A stretch of 63,752 nucleotides of DNA, the filler included, from Sphacelaria rigidula (lineage: Eukaryota): NCBI GenBank assembly GCA_964200075.2. It is 4 parts of 4 records of this genome, joined end to end, with 100 filler letters (N's around TTAATTAATTAA, not from the genome) between each part and the next. Parts side by side here need not be neighbours in the genome. Positions count along the whole stretch, not along the records: positions 1 to 15,866 come from CAXNAA020001562.1; positions 15,967 to 31,832 come from CAXNAA020001563.1; 2 more parts are not named here. One strand, given 5' to 3'. Shown here piece by piece: positions 13,504 through 26,800 of this stretch. Numbering within the stretch: position 1 is the first letter of the stretch; each line of letters starts with the position of its first letter. The translations under genes were made by a program, and so were the position numbers. Under the pieces are notes generated by a model. That model was not told the DNA's origin and ran no database searches. It worked only from the letters and a program-made list of their open reading frames with translations.

Positions 13504-13722
13504 CATGACAGTCGATGACTACGACATGAGAATACGAGGACCTGCAGCGGCGGCGGCGGTCGGTCGAGATGGCGGCGCTGTTAAACAAAACCGCGGCAAA
13601 CGTGAACGCACAACAAGAGGAATGCCTGAGGAAGAACGTTGGATGGCCCTTGCGGATCTGAGGGATGGAAAACGGGAGACTTGGATGACTGACAGGGCTA
13701 AACATGCCTTAGGCACAGCCAA
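13504..13722 (+). CDS. Possible exon of an unidentified gene
   Basis: Open, protein-like frame (MTVDDYDMRIRGP...EEERWMALADLRDGKRETWMTDRAKHALGTA) ending at a strong AA|GTAAGT donor; no recognisable family. Confidence 0.3.
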
Positions 13723-14818
13723 GTAAGTAGGGGCTTGCCTCATATCTATTCTGTACTGTACGATACAGCTTGCCAGTACAGCCTGTGCATTTGTTTGTGT
13801 CGGATGCACGTCCAACGGGTCTTCGCTAGCGATCTGTCATTTCCCGTGTACAGTACAGTGGTGGCGAATGTTTTGGGATCGCTGGTCTGCTTTGTGCAGC
13901 CAATGGCAGTTTGGCAAGCTTGGTTTTCATTACTTTGGTATACTCTCACAGGTTAATAATCCGAGTATGCACTCGTGCGTTCCGCGACACGGCACTGGGG
14001 ATCGAGTATGCGAAGGTCGTGGTCATATGATCGTTCCAGGCAGAGTGCCCTCGCATACTTTCCATTTCCCTTTCGTGTACGCGACAGTCTGGGTTAGCAA
14101 AGGGGGATTAGTGTTACTGGAAACCCGTATTTCGCGGTGACCGCGGGCGGGGAGGTTCACTCCCTCAGGAGAATTTTTTCTCACGCAGAGTTTCATTCAC
14201 AGAGCTAAACGACTCAAAGCGAAGGCAAAAATATAGTGTCTGAGCAGGTCTGAGATAAGTTTTCTTCACTTAACCGATGCATAGATATGATCCCTGCTGA
14301 CCAAAATGATCTCGAACATGTTTTGTCGGAGAAGTGACGAGCGCCGACAGAGCACAATCGTTAAATGCCCTCATAGTTAGTGCTAGAGGCTGCTGCAGAA
14401 CAATTCTAAGCTAAACTGCCCTTACACCTGAGCACCCTACCGCATGGAAACACTTCGTCGTGAGAATAATCTTGATCAACAATCGGAATGCTCCAGAAAG
14501 TTGTCTTCGAACCTTCAGAGGCAGGGCCCCAAAATCAGCCGATTATTAGATGGGAAGGGATCATTATTGGATGATGTCGAAAGTCACGAAATTGCTTCTT
14601 TTTCGACACGATGGTCAATTATTGCTCAAACAATGGCAAGTCTGTTCGGTCGCCTACAGAAACATCTAGTTCAATTGTACCCTAGAGTGGAGTGTCCAGT
14701 TAGGGATGTTGGTTTTCAAAGGGCGTAAATTATACGGCAATGTACGTGCATTTAGTCCGGCGCTCAATACGTTAATTTCAAGGGTTCGGACACACGTTCA
14801 AGATAAATGATAAGGTTT

Positions 14819-14904
14819 CACACCCTGGACAATAGAATACACGGTCAAAAAATGTACTGTGTGCAGTACATTTTTTTACCGTGTATTCTATTGCCCAGGG
14901 TATG
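14819..14904. mobile_element. 86-bp palindromic MITE with 8-bp TSD
   Basis: CACACCCTGGACAATAGAATACACGGT...ACCGTGTATTCTATTGCCCAGGGTATG, with a perfect TAAGGTTT duplication at 14811-14818 and 14905-14912. Confidence 0.88.
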
Positions 14905-14920
14905 TAAGGTTTAGAGAGTC

Positions 14921-15138
14921 ATCCTACGATGGGGGGGGGGATATTTGATTGCACGAAAAAAGAGGCACATAGGTGTGTCAGATGACTTGCCACACTAGCG
15001 GTGCGCTTGTTTTTGGTTTCAAACGGTGTCAAGCAGTTTGAATGAGCGTTATGCATCTATACCAAGCTCGTTGGAACAACCGTTGCTGCTTTCAACAACA
15101 ATTTGACTTAGAATTTTGTGCAAGGAATGGCTCAAAAT

Positions 15139-15174
<36 letters not shown>

Positions 15175-15185
15175 ACCCCCCCCAC
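14921..15185. mobile_element. MITE-like repeat with TCCTACG+poly-G / poly-C ends
   Basis: ~200-bp interior homologous, in reverse orientation, to 42317-42570. Confidence 0.65.
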
Positions 15186-15536
15186 AACCCCCCGCCTCTG
15201 TGCCAACGTGTACGCAGCGTCATCCAACAAAACCCACANNNNNNNNNNCGTCTTAAAACACACTGCCCCTTGCGGCTGGTGCGACGAACAGCCCCCAACA
15301 CCCCCCCCCCCCCCCCCCCCTTCCCCCCTATCTCTCCACACATCTCTAGACTCTTGGGTTGGGATTGAGTGGCAACGGCGCATTAAACAAGCCACCAAAG
15401 CCAAGACAAATGTACAGACTGTCACCGTACATATACCGGGGGCCGCCACTAGAAAAACCGTTACCGACGGACACAACGTGAAAACAAAATAAACAACCCA
15501 ATGGTTTTCCCCCCAGAAACAATTTTTCTTGAACTT

Positions 15537-15866
15537 ACCATAACACGGCCCGGACATGGAATAGAGACGCTAATCCTCCTCTTTATTTAATCTGCCATAA
15601 CACAGCCCGGACGTAGACATGAGATAGAGACGCTAACCCTCCTTTTATTTAACCTACCATAACACAGCCCAGACGTAAACATGGAATAGAGAAGCTAACC
15701 CTCCTTTATTTAACCTACTATAACACAGCCCGGACATAGACATGGAATAGAGAAGTCAAGCCTCCTTTTTATTTAACCTACCATATCACAGCCCGGACAT
15801 AGACATGAGATAGAGAAGCTACTCCTCTTTTTATTTAACCTACTATAACACAGCCCGGACATAGAC
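15537..15866. repeat. ~62-bp tandem repeat (minisatellite), 5 units plus a partial, running off the contig end
   Basis: Unit approximately CCATAACACAGCCCGGACATAGACATGGAATAGAGAAGCTAACCCTCCTTTTATTTAACCTA; no unique spacers. Confidence 0.92.
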
Positions 15867-15966
15867 NNNNNNNNNNNNNNNNNNNNNNNNNNNNNNNNNN
15901 NNNNNNNNNNTTAATTAATTAANNNNNNNNNNNNNNNNNNNNNNNNNNNNNNNNNNNNNNNNNNNN
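15867..15966. other. Artificial assembly linker (44 N + TTAATTAATTAA + 44 N)
   Basis: Exactly 100 bp. The central 12-mer places stop codons in all six frames. Identical to the linkers at 31833 and 47794. Confidence 0.97.
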
Positions 15967-17888
15967 GTGCTCCGTCCCGGCATCGTAGAGATGCGAGGTC
16001 AATGGTCTGATGACTATGGCATGCATCATCATGAGTACACCCCCTCGCCCGAGGATTCTCGGTATGTCTTGGGTTGGGGTTAGCGTCAGCGTTAGTGTAA
16101 TTTCAACGAAGATGTTTCCGAGAAAGTTCTTCATCGACCAAGTGGTACACACACCTCGACGTACCCGGTGGTGGCCGTTGCGGCCGTGCCCTAATTTTTC
16201 ACGTGAGTTTTTGTATCGTATTCGAACAAGCGATCAAGATATGCATTACGCTGAAAAGGATCCAAGGTCCCCTCCCCTTCCCGTCTGACCTAATTTCAGG
16301 GAAAATAGTTTCATGTGCATTGTTGTTGCAACAATGTTGGCGCAATCGAAAGTATTTTCTTCTTCGTAACCAGCTGTTGGTGACCTCACTGTCGAGGCCC
16401 CAGGCGTACCTACACCAAGGCCTCGAAGACACCAAACATAAAATAGTAAAGCTGTCAAGAACTCACTGTGTATCCCTTTTGAAACTGAACCCCCACTAAC
16501 CAGGGGCGAGGGCCCATTATGAACCAGCATATATATATATATTAATAATACCGATTCACAAATGGACCACCCCTTACAGTCAAAGGGTTACGGCCCTGGT
16601 TAGTGAGGGTCAGGTCCCAAGAAGGTTGAGATACCAAATTTTCATAAACGAAAACGGAACTGCTCTGAGTTGGAAATTGATATTGAGTTTGTAATGTACG
16701 TCAGTGTAGCTGTTTTTCGTTTTCTCAGTTTTTTTTCCAGTCTTCTTTTTTTTGTTTTTGCCTTTTTTGTTGATTGTAATCTGGTACTGATGTGTCTGAT
16801 TGTTATTCTTTCCGCAGAAATTGTAGTGTTCTTGCAAAAAAAACGTACTTTCTCTGGTCCACTATATAAGCACGAATGAAAAAGTTCATTGGATAAGCCC
16901 GTGTCGAGTACGCATGCATGGATGGGTGTTTTCGACCATGAGACCAATGTTTTGTGTTCCGCATATGGTTGGCATCATGTACGCGGCAAAAAAGCATTTC
17001 GGACCCGGGGTAATAAGATATCGTTCCCGAGGATGAAAAATCTCGAACCGGACTTATACAACGGACTTTTTGCAAGTAGAGCAAAAATTATCGCCCAGGT
17101 TTGGCTCGATATGCGATGCGGGGCGTGAATTGAACGACATTTCCCACCAGCAGACCTACGTAATATGGCTGGAATAATTAAAAGTAATAATAACAATTTG
17201 GGACCCGCGGTTGGCATGATATCGTCCCCGGAGGCGGTGAACGTAAGCAGGACTCGGGATTGTGGGCGCAAATAATGCTGTGTTGGTCGGCTCAGCGGAA
17301 ACGTTGGGTTTGGGCGGTTCTCCCAAACGCCTCGAGAACCACGCTTTTTTTTTATTTTTCAACTGGATGGGAATGTGGTCAACCTATGAATTCGTGTCCT
17401 TCGCGGCGACTACCCTCCCCTCACCGTAGGTGTTCGTGAGTCTATTTTGAGGGTGCTGCAAAGACATCGGTTTTGGGCTCTGCTCCAGAAGATCACGAAA
17501 GCGACAAAAAAATGTTCAGAAGAAGTCGCAGAAGAGCACATGATATTCCACTTTTCCTCGAATCGGGCTTATACAGTGGACCAGAGGGAAGTATATTAGA
17601 TGTGCCTCGTACATATACGAAGGTTACAAATGATTTGGCTGTTTTCGTTTTTCTTCCATGTGCGGCATGAGCTTATTTCTGTTTCGTCGAGTTCTGCACC
17701 CTTTCTTCAACGACGGGAATGTCGATTTGTGACGTAGGGTTCATGTGCATGTGCACCACGGTTCCTCCTGCGATAAAGATTCATAAACTGAATACCTCGC
17801 AGGCAAAGGGGTGAGTCCCAACACTCGCACTCGAAAACGCCTGATTACGTTTCATTTTAATCGGGGGGGGAAATTCGACGCGACACAG

Positions 17889-20800
17889 GTAGTGAGCACG
17901 AACCTGGAGATGTCCCAGCAAAAGGCCGCGAAGGCGGAGATGGAGCTGGAAAGGACCAAACGCTCCCTCCGCGAAGCTCGAGAGGAGGTCCAAAAGGCCG
18001 CCAGGGAGAGCGTGGGCGCTGTTTCTAAGTCCCAGCACAACAAGCTCTTGCAAGAGGTACCTCTATTGTGTTCGCTGTGTAGCTGTTGGCTATCTGTTAT
18101 CTACTCGTGCTTCGTTGCTTCGGGACGTGTCGAACGTCTTCGCGCCTTTGGTTGCATTGGGGGGAATGTCCGTTTGTCCGTTCTAGGGTAAGCGGGGGAA
18201 GGGAGGGAAGGAGGGGGGAAGTGACGTCCTCATTTGTTGCTTGCCTCAGTCATTTGACCATTGACCACGCATCCCTTTCGAGACGGAGAACCGTTTCTGC
18301 TTCTAATAGACACCTTAAAAAATCTGGTGCCCGTTTTGTTTATTTCATACGTTACACAACAACATTTCACACGTCGGACAGATCATGATCCGTCTGAAAA
18401 TCACTTCTTCTCAGTATACTGATCCGGATCATGATCCGTATCATCTGACCCAACTTTTTTATGTTTGCTCCTTACGGTGGCGGACGCTGAGCATGCCGAG
18501 TAGTGCAAAGGTTACGCTTTGGCTTTACTGACTCCGCTGTCACATATTTTGTGTTGTTGGACCAACGGATCCGAGAGTATTCTTTCATTAGTTGTTTCAG
18601 ACAGATCATGATCTGTCCGACGTATGCAACATTTGAAATAATTTTTACCCTCCCCGCTTGGGTAAGCGAAGGGGAGGTCGGGGGGGGGCGAGGGTTTGTC
18701 GTATATAAAATGTGTTCGTGCTTTCAACATTTCTGAAAAGATACTCATCGTCGTGGAGGCGGGTCGTATGTTTTTCATGGATGCCGATGCCTGATGGAAA
18801 AATCCGTGGAGGGCGCGGCTGTTGACCAGTGTTATCTATTGAAAGGGCGAGTGCTGTAATTTTGAGGCTAACGCAGTACTATACGCTTTTCTCTTCGAGG
18901 TTCCCACAGATGGTGTATTTTTATCCGTTTCATCTGTGTTAGGTACGTTTATTTTGTGGCACGACTGGCTGGATATGTAACGCCTCTATTAGTTCGAGAC
19001 CGTCGTTTACTCAAACCAACAGGTGTGTGTGCGTGTACGTGTTTGTTGACTGTGATGCATAGGTGGAACAACTGAGTACCCTGCGTGAGAGCAACACCAT
19101 GCTGAGGAGCAGCCTCAGAGACGCGGAGGACAGGACACGGGCGGCTGTAGCAAGGTGACATACATGAGCACATCATCACGTAGGAACACGTCGTGGCACC
19201 CCACACTTGGTTCCTCTTGGGTGGGGTTTGATAAACGATTCCATGCGGGGATGTTGTGGCGAGAAGACACGGTTAGTCTTTCACCATCGGAGTGAATCGT
19301 TTGTGATCGTGTCTTGAATCGACCGCTGTCATCGGTAGTACCCAGGATTTTCCTATTTCGTGGCGCCCCGGTGTTATAATATTTAGCTGATATCGTCAGG
19401 GCGGAAAAAGTGTGGGTTCGATTCCGGGCGAGTTGCGCCTACTTTACCTGCTTTGTGTTTTCTTCGATTTCTGATTTATGTCGTTGACAGCGTCCAGACG
19501 TGAGTAGCTCAAAGATAGTATTCGCTGACTTTGTTGGGTGACTGTCGACGTGGTACGGGAGTGCTGGTCATGTTCCAATCTGCGATACCAAAATATTAGG
19601 CGCGAACCGGGCGAGAGATGGGTTGATTCCTTAGAACTACCGACTCGTTCCGATGACGGGGGGGGGGTTGGGAGTGAGACCAAAAAGAAGGGAAAAATAT
19701 GCTATTGGGACCAATCATATCGAATTGTTCTGAAATGAACGTTTTCGCTGACCCGACAAGATGCGTTCCAGTTCCGGGCTTAACGAGCTGGAGCTGCAGG
19801 CGGGGTCGTTGTAATAGTCTGATTGTTGTCTTACAGGCTTTGTTTTTCTTGGCGTATCTCTTATTTTCATTTTGGTGATATTTTAGTTGATTGCGTTCGT
19901 TCATGTAATTGGGCTGGAGTCTCAAACCAAAATGATGGTGGACTGTATGTCTTGTAAGGAATGGCAGGGACGGTATTGGAAAGACGAACCTACGTCTGTG
20001 ACCACGGGTTCGAGAGATCGGACTATTATGATGTGCGGAAATTATCATATAAATAATAGTACTGAGACTTTGTTCGCTGTATCTAATATGTGGCTGTACA
20101 GGGGTGTGCTCGAAAGATTGTGAAATGATGAACCAATGGCGGTCCTCGCGCACCATACTAGAAACGCTCTTTTGTTTTTGCCTGTTGACGATAGACAGCG
20201 GTTGCATCGGATGCTACGGTGGGGGTGCACAAATATTTTCCGAGGTTAGAAATGTGAGGAGTCCTATATCTCATTTAAACACGACTTATGAAATATGTGA
20301 GAGCCCGCCAGGATTACTAATCCATTGTGCCAGGGACATCCCGAATGAATTGGCGAACGGCATCGATGCCCTGACCCATTTCTTGTGCGCATCTAGAATC
20401 GTTGGGAGCCCCTGAACCAGACAAGATTTTGCGCAAAAAGTGCTCCCCTACCGTAGCATTACTGTTGCCGATAAAATTCCCCGTGGTAGTGTACGTTTTC
20501 ATGGAGAACAAAAAACCGAGAGAAAATAATACCAAAGTTGGATATGGTGAGCAACCGTACCTCCCCCCTCGGTTGACTTTAATCTTATTGTGTGACATAG
20601 TAACTGGTCTGGCTGAGTACGAGTTCAGCCATGATGTGAAGATAAGACGTGGCCCTCGTGAGTAAACGGGAACATTCGCCAACGGAACTGAACGCCCACC
20701 CCATTGTGGTTGTGATGGCACTAGGGTGAAAGAGCTGGAGCTCCAGGCGGCGCCGTTGCAACAGTCAGAGCGGCGTAAGTCGGCTGCCGCGGCTGCGCTG

Positions 20801-23800
20801 GAATCTGAAAGGGCTAGCCTCAAGAAAGAGGTTGAAAACTGGAAGAACAGGGTGACTAGCCTCACGGCTAGCTTCAATGCGGTGAGTTTGAGGGAGGGAG
20901 TGAGCCGTAGATGGATGGAGTGGAACATGACACCATTATGTGGTGTTGCCCGAATGACGACCCTCAAAGCAGCCTATGAATTGATGATTGAGTAAGTGAT
21001 GGATTGTCTCACATTAACTGAAACCGGAGGAATCCAGCTGTGATCATAATCCACAAGATAGGCGCATGTACCCTCAAGGAGAAGAAAAGGGAAAACTCTC
21101 GCTACCAACGGAACTCGAAAAGGGGGGGATTGATGAAGACAGGAAGATAGAACCGAATCAACTGAAAAGTAACCCATCAAACGAAAATGAAATATAATGA
21201 GCCCAAACAAGGAAGAAAACAAAAAAGTGATAAAACGAGAGGGAAATATGTTGAAGAAGTGAAATAAAAGAAGGGCAAATGAGGGGAGAAAAATGAGGAT
21301 GTGCGAATACGCTAACGAGCGAATACGCAACACATGTGTACAGCACACTGCGCTGAAAACGGTACCGCCGGTCTGCGATCACAGCGGGCTAGCATGAATG
21401 TGTGCACGCCCACGAAATCTTGACTCACGCCCATCCGTTCGTTGTTATTTGGACACGGTAGTGGTGGTTACGTTGTCAGTTGGCCCGTAGGCGGGCTGAG
21501 CCCTGGCACCCTGAACTCCTGCCAGCGTGGTACGGATGCAAGGTCGATAGTCTGAAAAAAAGTGACATGAGTATGACATTCCTCGAAATGATCCTAGGAT
21601 GGGGGCGGCAATGTACTCGTGATTTGCATGCCATAGTCGTAGGCCCATTAACCTCGCATCCCAACATACCCGGGACGGAGCACGCCGGCTTTTCGTCGTA
21701 CCGGGCTCGCAATCACCAAGCCCGAAGCCCCGTGATGTGTTCGGCGAGTCGCATCAAGTTTGCGCTGCATCCTGCCATATGTAAGACGGTTGGGCCCGAA
21801 GCGTACGAAGGATCTTGCATATGGATGAAAAGAGGTGGAGGGGGGAGGGCGTACTCATTTGTTGCTTGCCTTCGTCGTTTTACCATTCACCTCGTATCCC
21901 TTTCGAGACGGAGCACTGTTCCTACTCCTCATAGAGACACCTCCAACATTCCGGCGCTCACTACATTTCTTCCATACATCGCACAAAAACCGCTTACATT
22001 CCTTATCCCCGTCCTGTTTCGCCATCTCCAGCCGCCATTCATCTCCTGGTATACCCATAGTTTTCTCGCTACTGTCCCATGTATCAAACGATTTCATGCC
22101 ACCTTCGTTCACGTCCCGCATTCCCCCCTCTAGCACGTCCCGTTCCTCCTTGTATAGTTCACGCTCTGCCACTCTATGACTTCCGCTGTCTATGGCTTTG
22201 CCACAGAGACAGTTCTGTCCATCTGCTTCCTCCTCCTTTCGGCTACTGGTACATCTCTTTCTTCTTTCCGGCAGGTTTAGGTCCCCCAACCGAAATCCCA
22301 ATTTCAATTTTTTCGCATTGGCCATTGGGCCATGCAAATATCTTGTCATCCCGACCTTTTCTCTCAACCCCCCGTATATCTCCAGGTGTTCTCCCTCGTC
22401 TACTTTGCGTCTGAGCGCTCCTTTTCCCCCTTATTTCGATCATGTCTCTTACTTTCGCCTTGTACCCCGCGTCTTAACCTATAAACAGTATTTCGTCTTG
22501 GTTTGATTTGTTCGGGGAAGAAAAAGGGCTGTGCTTCGGTACGTATACACTGGCTGTGGTGTGCCCGACTGGTGCACCAAGTTTTACGTTGATGCCTGCA
22601 GCGGCGGTGCAAAACTTCACAGTCAAACATGAAGTGCAAAAGTCGAAAATGGCACCGGTCAACCGTCAAAAGATACACCACCTGAGTTACGCCGCATAAT
22701 CCTCGTACCAAACCATACTGGCGTAACCGCTGCGCCCCTGCGGCAGCGCAGGAGATACGAGGACAAGTGCACAACCGTACTTGGCAGCACTGTGGGTTTG
22801 GCTTCGCCACATCGGCCCGCCAAACAATATGCCTTCGATCATGTCGGCATTAACAGGATATCTAGTTTTGTGTTCACAGTGCACGCCATGTTGACTGCAG
22901 GCGACCGAAAACCGTCCACGATTGCGCTGTAAAGCATGGTGCAACAGTAGTCACACATGAAAAAAAGGGGTGCAGCACATCACACATTTTCATACTGTAA
23001 TTTACGTGAGATTTTCAGTTTTGAAGGCGGCGCAATTGGCTGTTCAAGGCATGCATGCACAAAAGTATGTCGTGTTGCTTGCTCCTGAAAGCATATTACC
23101 TAATTTTTTTCATGTTGACTGAATATATCATGCTCTAGCCGGCACGCTTCCTTTTGGCCTGGTGCTCTGAGCGTGGTCGCCACCTATCGGCGTTTGCACT
23201 GTGCACGAGATGCACCAATGAAGAGCAACACTATTCAGATCACCCCACGCGGGAAATCATTGCTTTTTCAGCCAAAAATCTACACCGACGATTCCGCCTT
23301 GAGCACAGCTTGCCACCGATACCACGCGCTGGGCCGGTACTCGCTTGTATCGGGCCCGCCGCTCGTGTGAGCTGTGTCTACTTCACGGGTGATATCAGCC
23401 GAATCCTTGTCAAATGGTTCTTCTATGCGGACATTCCGGTATCGGATTTTTGTTTTTTTCGCGCAAGACTGTCTTTTAAAGTTCCGATGGCATATTTCGG
23501 ACGGAACCTCATTAGGTGGATCCCAAGGAACATGAGGAGCTCAAGGCGGCATACGCCAAGCTCGAGCAGTCGCTTGCCGAGACCCAGAAAGCCAAGGAAG
23601 CGCTGGATAGTCAACGTGCAGAGGCGCTCAGGGCAAAGGCCGCGGTGGAGAAGGAGAAGAACGATGCCGTCACGGTCAAGGGGAAGATGCTGACGGCGGT
23701 AAGCGGCATGTTTGGTTGTCGTCGTTCCTGCTATTTTGGGGAGTAGTAGAAGCAGTGGCGGCGGCGGTGGTGATGTTGATGTTACTGTCGTCTATTTTTC

Positions 23801-26800
23801 AACAAGGTGAAGCAAATCGTCATTCATCAGCAATATATTCTGGTTTTTTATTGTAGTCCGATTGTTTCCGTTCATTAATTTTCCTCGTGTACATCTATAT
23901 CTCTTCACCGCACCTGGAGTCCTGGCGGATCAATTTCATGAACGACAACCGCTCGACCAGTCGTCAACCAAAAACATGAAAGCGTCATTCTGTTTCTGTC
24001 GTAACGTTTTGTTTTTTTCTCGGAAGCTATGCGCTCGTGCATGTACAGAAAACTACCTAGAGGCGTTTTCTTGTGCGAATGTGCGGCAAAAATATATTGT
24101 TTCCGTTCGGTGTAAGTAAAGCTTAGTCGCCGTAGATATAATAACTTGGTCTAATAGAGCTCTCGTGGAATATTCTCGAACTTGATTTGAGTGGGGCTGA
24201 CAGTCTCGAGTGCTTCTAGCCTGGGCAAATCGCAATTTTTTTTTTCTGAATTGGCGGCGCCAATTAGAGGTATACCAACGCCACACGTTGTCTAGAGAAT
24301 ATTTTGTACCCGCCCCTTCCCCGAGGGCTCTCGTGTGCTTGGGTTCAGGATAACATCGTAAATTTATAGGAAAATTCCATTCTGTCGAATGGTGATATGA
24401 CTTCGCTGGTCTGCGCTCCCAGTATAAAGACTAGTACAGGAATACCTTGAGTGACTACTTCCTTTCCAGCTCGTGGGGTATTTACATATGTTTGCATATG
24501 TAGGTTCTATTCGTTGCCAGGCTCGCGTGGTCAACTTGGAGCATGACGCCAACATTTATCGGCTCGAGTCCTGACAGTAGAACCCTCTTCTTCTTGTTTT
24601 TTAATGGTTGCCGCGGCCGCGACATGTGAGAACGAAATGTACCAAAAGAAAATTAATGAAAATGATGAACAAAATGGTTTTCTGTCCCGCAGGACAGTGA
24701 ACTCTTTTTTTTGCATGTAGTGAGATGTCTCCAAAGTGTCATCACATATTAGGCCGCCTGTTTCTATCGAGGGCATGTTTACTGGAAATCATCATCCGGC
24801 CATGACGGGATGTAGAGTATTTTCCCACATTTCTATTTTCGCTGACGTTTTTGTAGAAAAACCCAGTCCTTCGGGGCACCGTGTTCCCATACTGGTGGTC
24901 GTTTTTATCTCTTCCTCTCTAGTATTCTGTCTGTGCCATGGCTTTGTGACCGGGGGTGCTAGTTTTCTGGAAATGGGCTAATGTGAGAAACAACAACAAC
25001 AGCAACAACAACAACAAGCACTGATGTCTAACGGATATTATGGGGTAATCCTTGAAAATAGATGGGCTCATTGCTTGAGAATTTGGTTTCGTCGCAAGGA
25101 AGAGGAGAAGTTCGTGAACGTGTTGGATCGGATGATCGATTACTCCCGCGCTTTTTTTTTTTTTCCCTCTTGTCGACTATCTTGACACCGCATTCTCCGC
25201 GCAGATTGCCGAACTGCGCAAGATGCTGGAAAGCGCGAAACGCGAGGCTGCCCAACAGAAGGTATGTACTCACAGCGTTTGCGGTGCGGCCAAATGTTTA
25301 GGAAACGCTTTAAGGGTGCGTTGGGTAGTATACTTACTCTCCCGAATTTCGTGTTGCGATGGTCCGATCCCCTACTGAGGATATACAACACTTTTTACAT
25401 CGGTACCGACATTCATCGACATATACCGGTTCTGTAAAATTGGCACCAATATCGCCAGTGTTCGGTTACCGGCTCTTGCCTGGCGCCTACATGTGCAGCC
25501 ACAGATATTTTCAAAACTGTATATCTGCTGTACTCGGTTCGCCCGTAAGATATTGTACATGGCCGAGAAAATTCGTCCCACCCGGAATACTCGGTTGAAA
25601 TATTTGAATCCTCTCGATACGCAGCCCTAGTCAATCGATCTCATTTTTTGTTGATGGTCGTACACTGTTTTCAGGCGGCCGCCATCCGCGAGTTGGAGGC
25701 TAAACTGGCGGCAGAAAAGGAGAGGGCAAACAAGGTGGGTGGACGTGCGTGAAAATTAGGTCTGCGAAGCTCATGCTAGGAGTGGATACACGGCACGAAA
25801 AATCTTTTTCATGGGAATGTTTTTGCTTATTGTCGATCCTGCATACTGTGACTGTGATTGTTACCGTTTTTGTTCATAGTTGGATTCGCTTTGGATATAA
25901 TTGAATACAAAATGTGCGCCCGCTTCTGCGAGGTTGAGGGAGACGTGTTGTCCATCAGTGTGCATTCGTCGCAACCGTTGGGACAAATGGACATGGTTTT
26001 CTTGTGTATCGACAGGCTTCTTTTTTTTTGTGTCCCGTCGCGCGCTGTTTCCCATCATCGTGGCACCGCTTTAGTGCAGTGTTGGTGAAGCAGTTGAAAC
26101 AGTACAGATGACAGCGGCTGAGAAAATACTTGGATGCTCAAAAACGACGAGCAATATAGTGTTGAGACCAGAACTAGGCAAGTATCCACCTGAAAAAAAC
26201 GGAGACATGAGGAATTTGGAATGTCAATACAGGCTTGTTCAGAATGGACGACCGGAATTTACTCTCTTGCGATCCTTAACGCGGTTTTTCCGAGTTAGAC
26301 TCTGAAATATTGTACACGGGTGCTCTGAAACATTTCGGAAGGCTGTAAGAATGGTGTCTTTCATTTTCTTTTCTTTCGCCAGATACCCGGGGTCCCAGGA
26401 GGCGGTGTCTGCAAAATTTCAGGGTCTAACAAGAAAAACACGCGTGAACAAATGCCCGAATGTGCGTTGAAGTACACAAAGGTACGCGGAATATCTCTAA
26501 TTACTTGATTATAGTATGCTACCGACATTTTTCCTTTGCGCTTGAACTTAGAGAGATCGTTCGAGATCAGCTTCTCGAGTTACGCAACGAAACTTTGTAC
26601 AAACGGTCCTTGACCTACCTCGGGACATACTCGGGATAGGTGAAATAAAATAAAAAACTTTGTAGCAATCTGTACCGGCTCCTTGGGGGTCTTCACGCTG
26701 GGACCCCCGGAAGCCGGTAGAGAGTGGAAACGTTGAAATATTTTTCAACGATTTTTTTCCCCATTCGTAGCCACCCATATCTACCAAACTGCTAAGTTTG

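Noticed and set aside
15140..15330. Poly-Pro / poly-Gly ORFs (also 50680-50870 and 62172-62195)
   Set aside because: Translations of C/G homopolymer runs, some next to N gaps; low-complexity or sequencing artefacts.
15537..15866. CRISPR-like array
   Set aside because: Units are contiguous tandem copies without unique spacers; no cas genes; eukaryotic context.
15911..15922. TTAATTAATTAA palindrome recurring every ~16 kb
   Set aside because: Synthetic six-frame stop linker inside N runs; not biological.
16000..16045. CTGATGA hammerhead-like core in repeat R1 (also CTGATGA at ~40332 and on the minus strand at ~12855 and ~40635)
   Set aside because: No stem II followed by GAAA; the motif is not conserved in other R1 copies.
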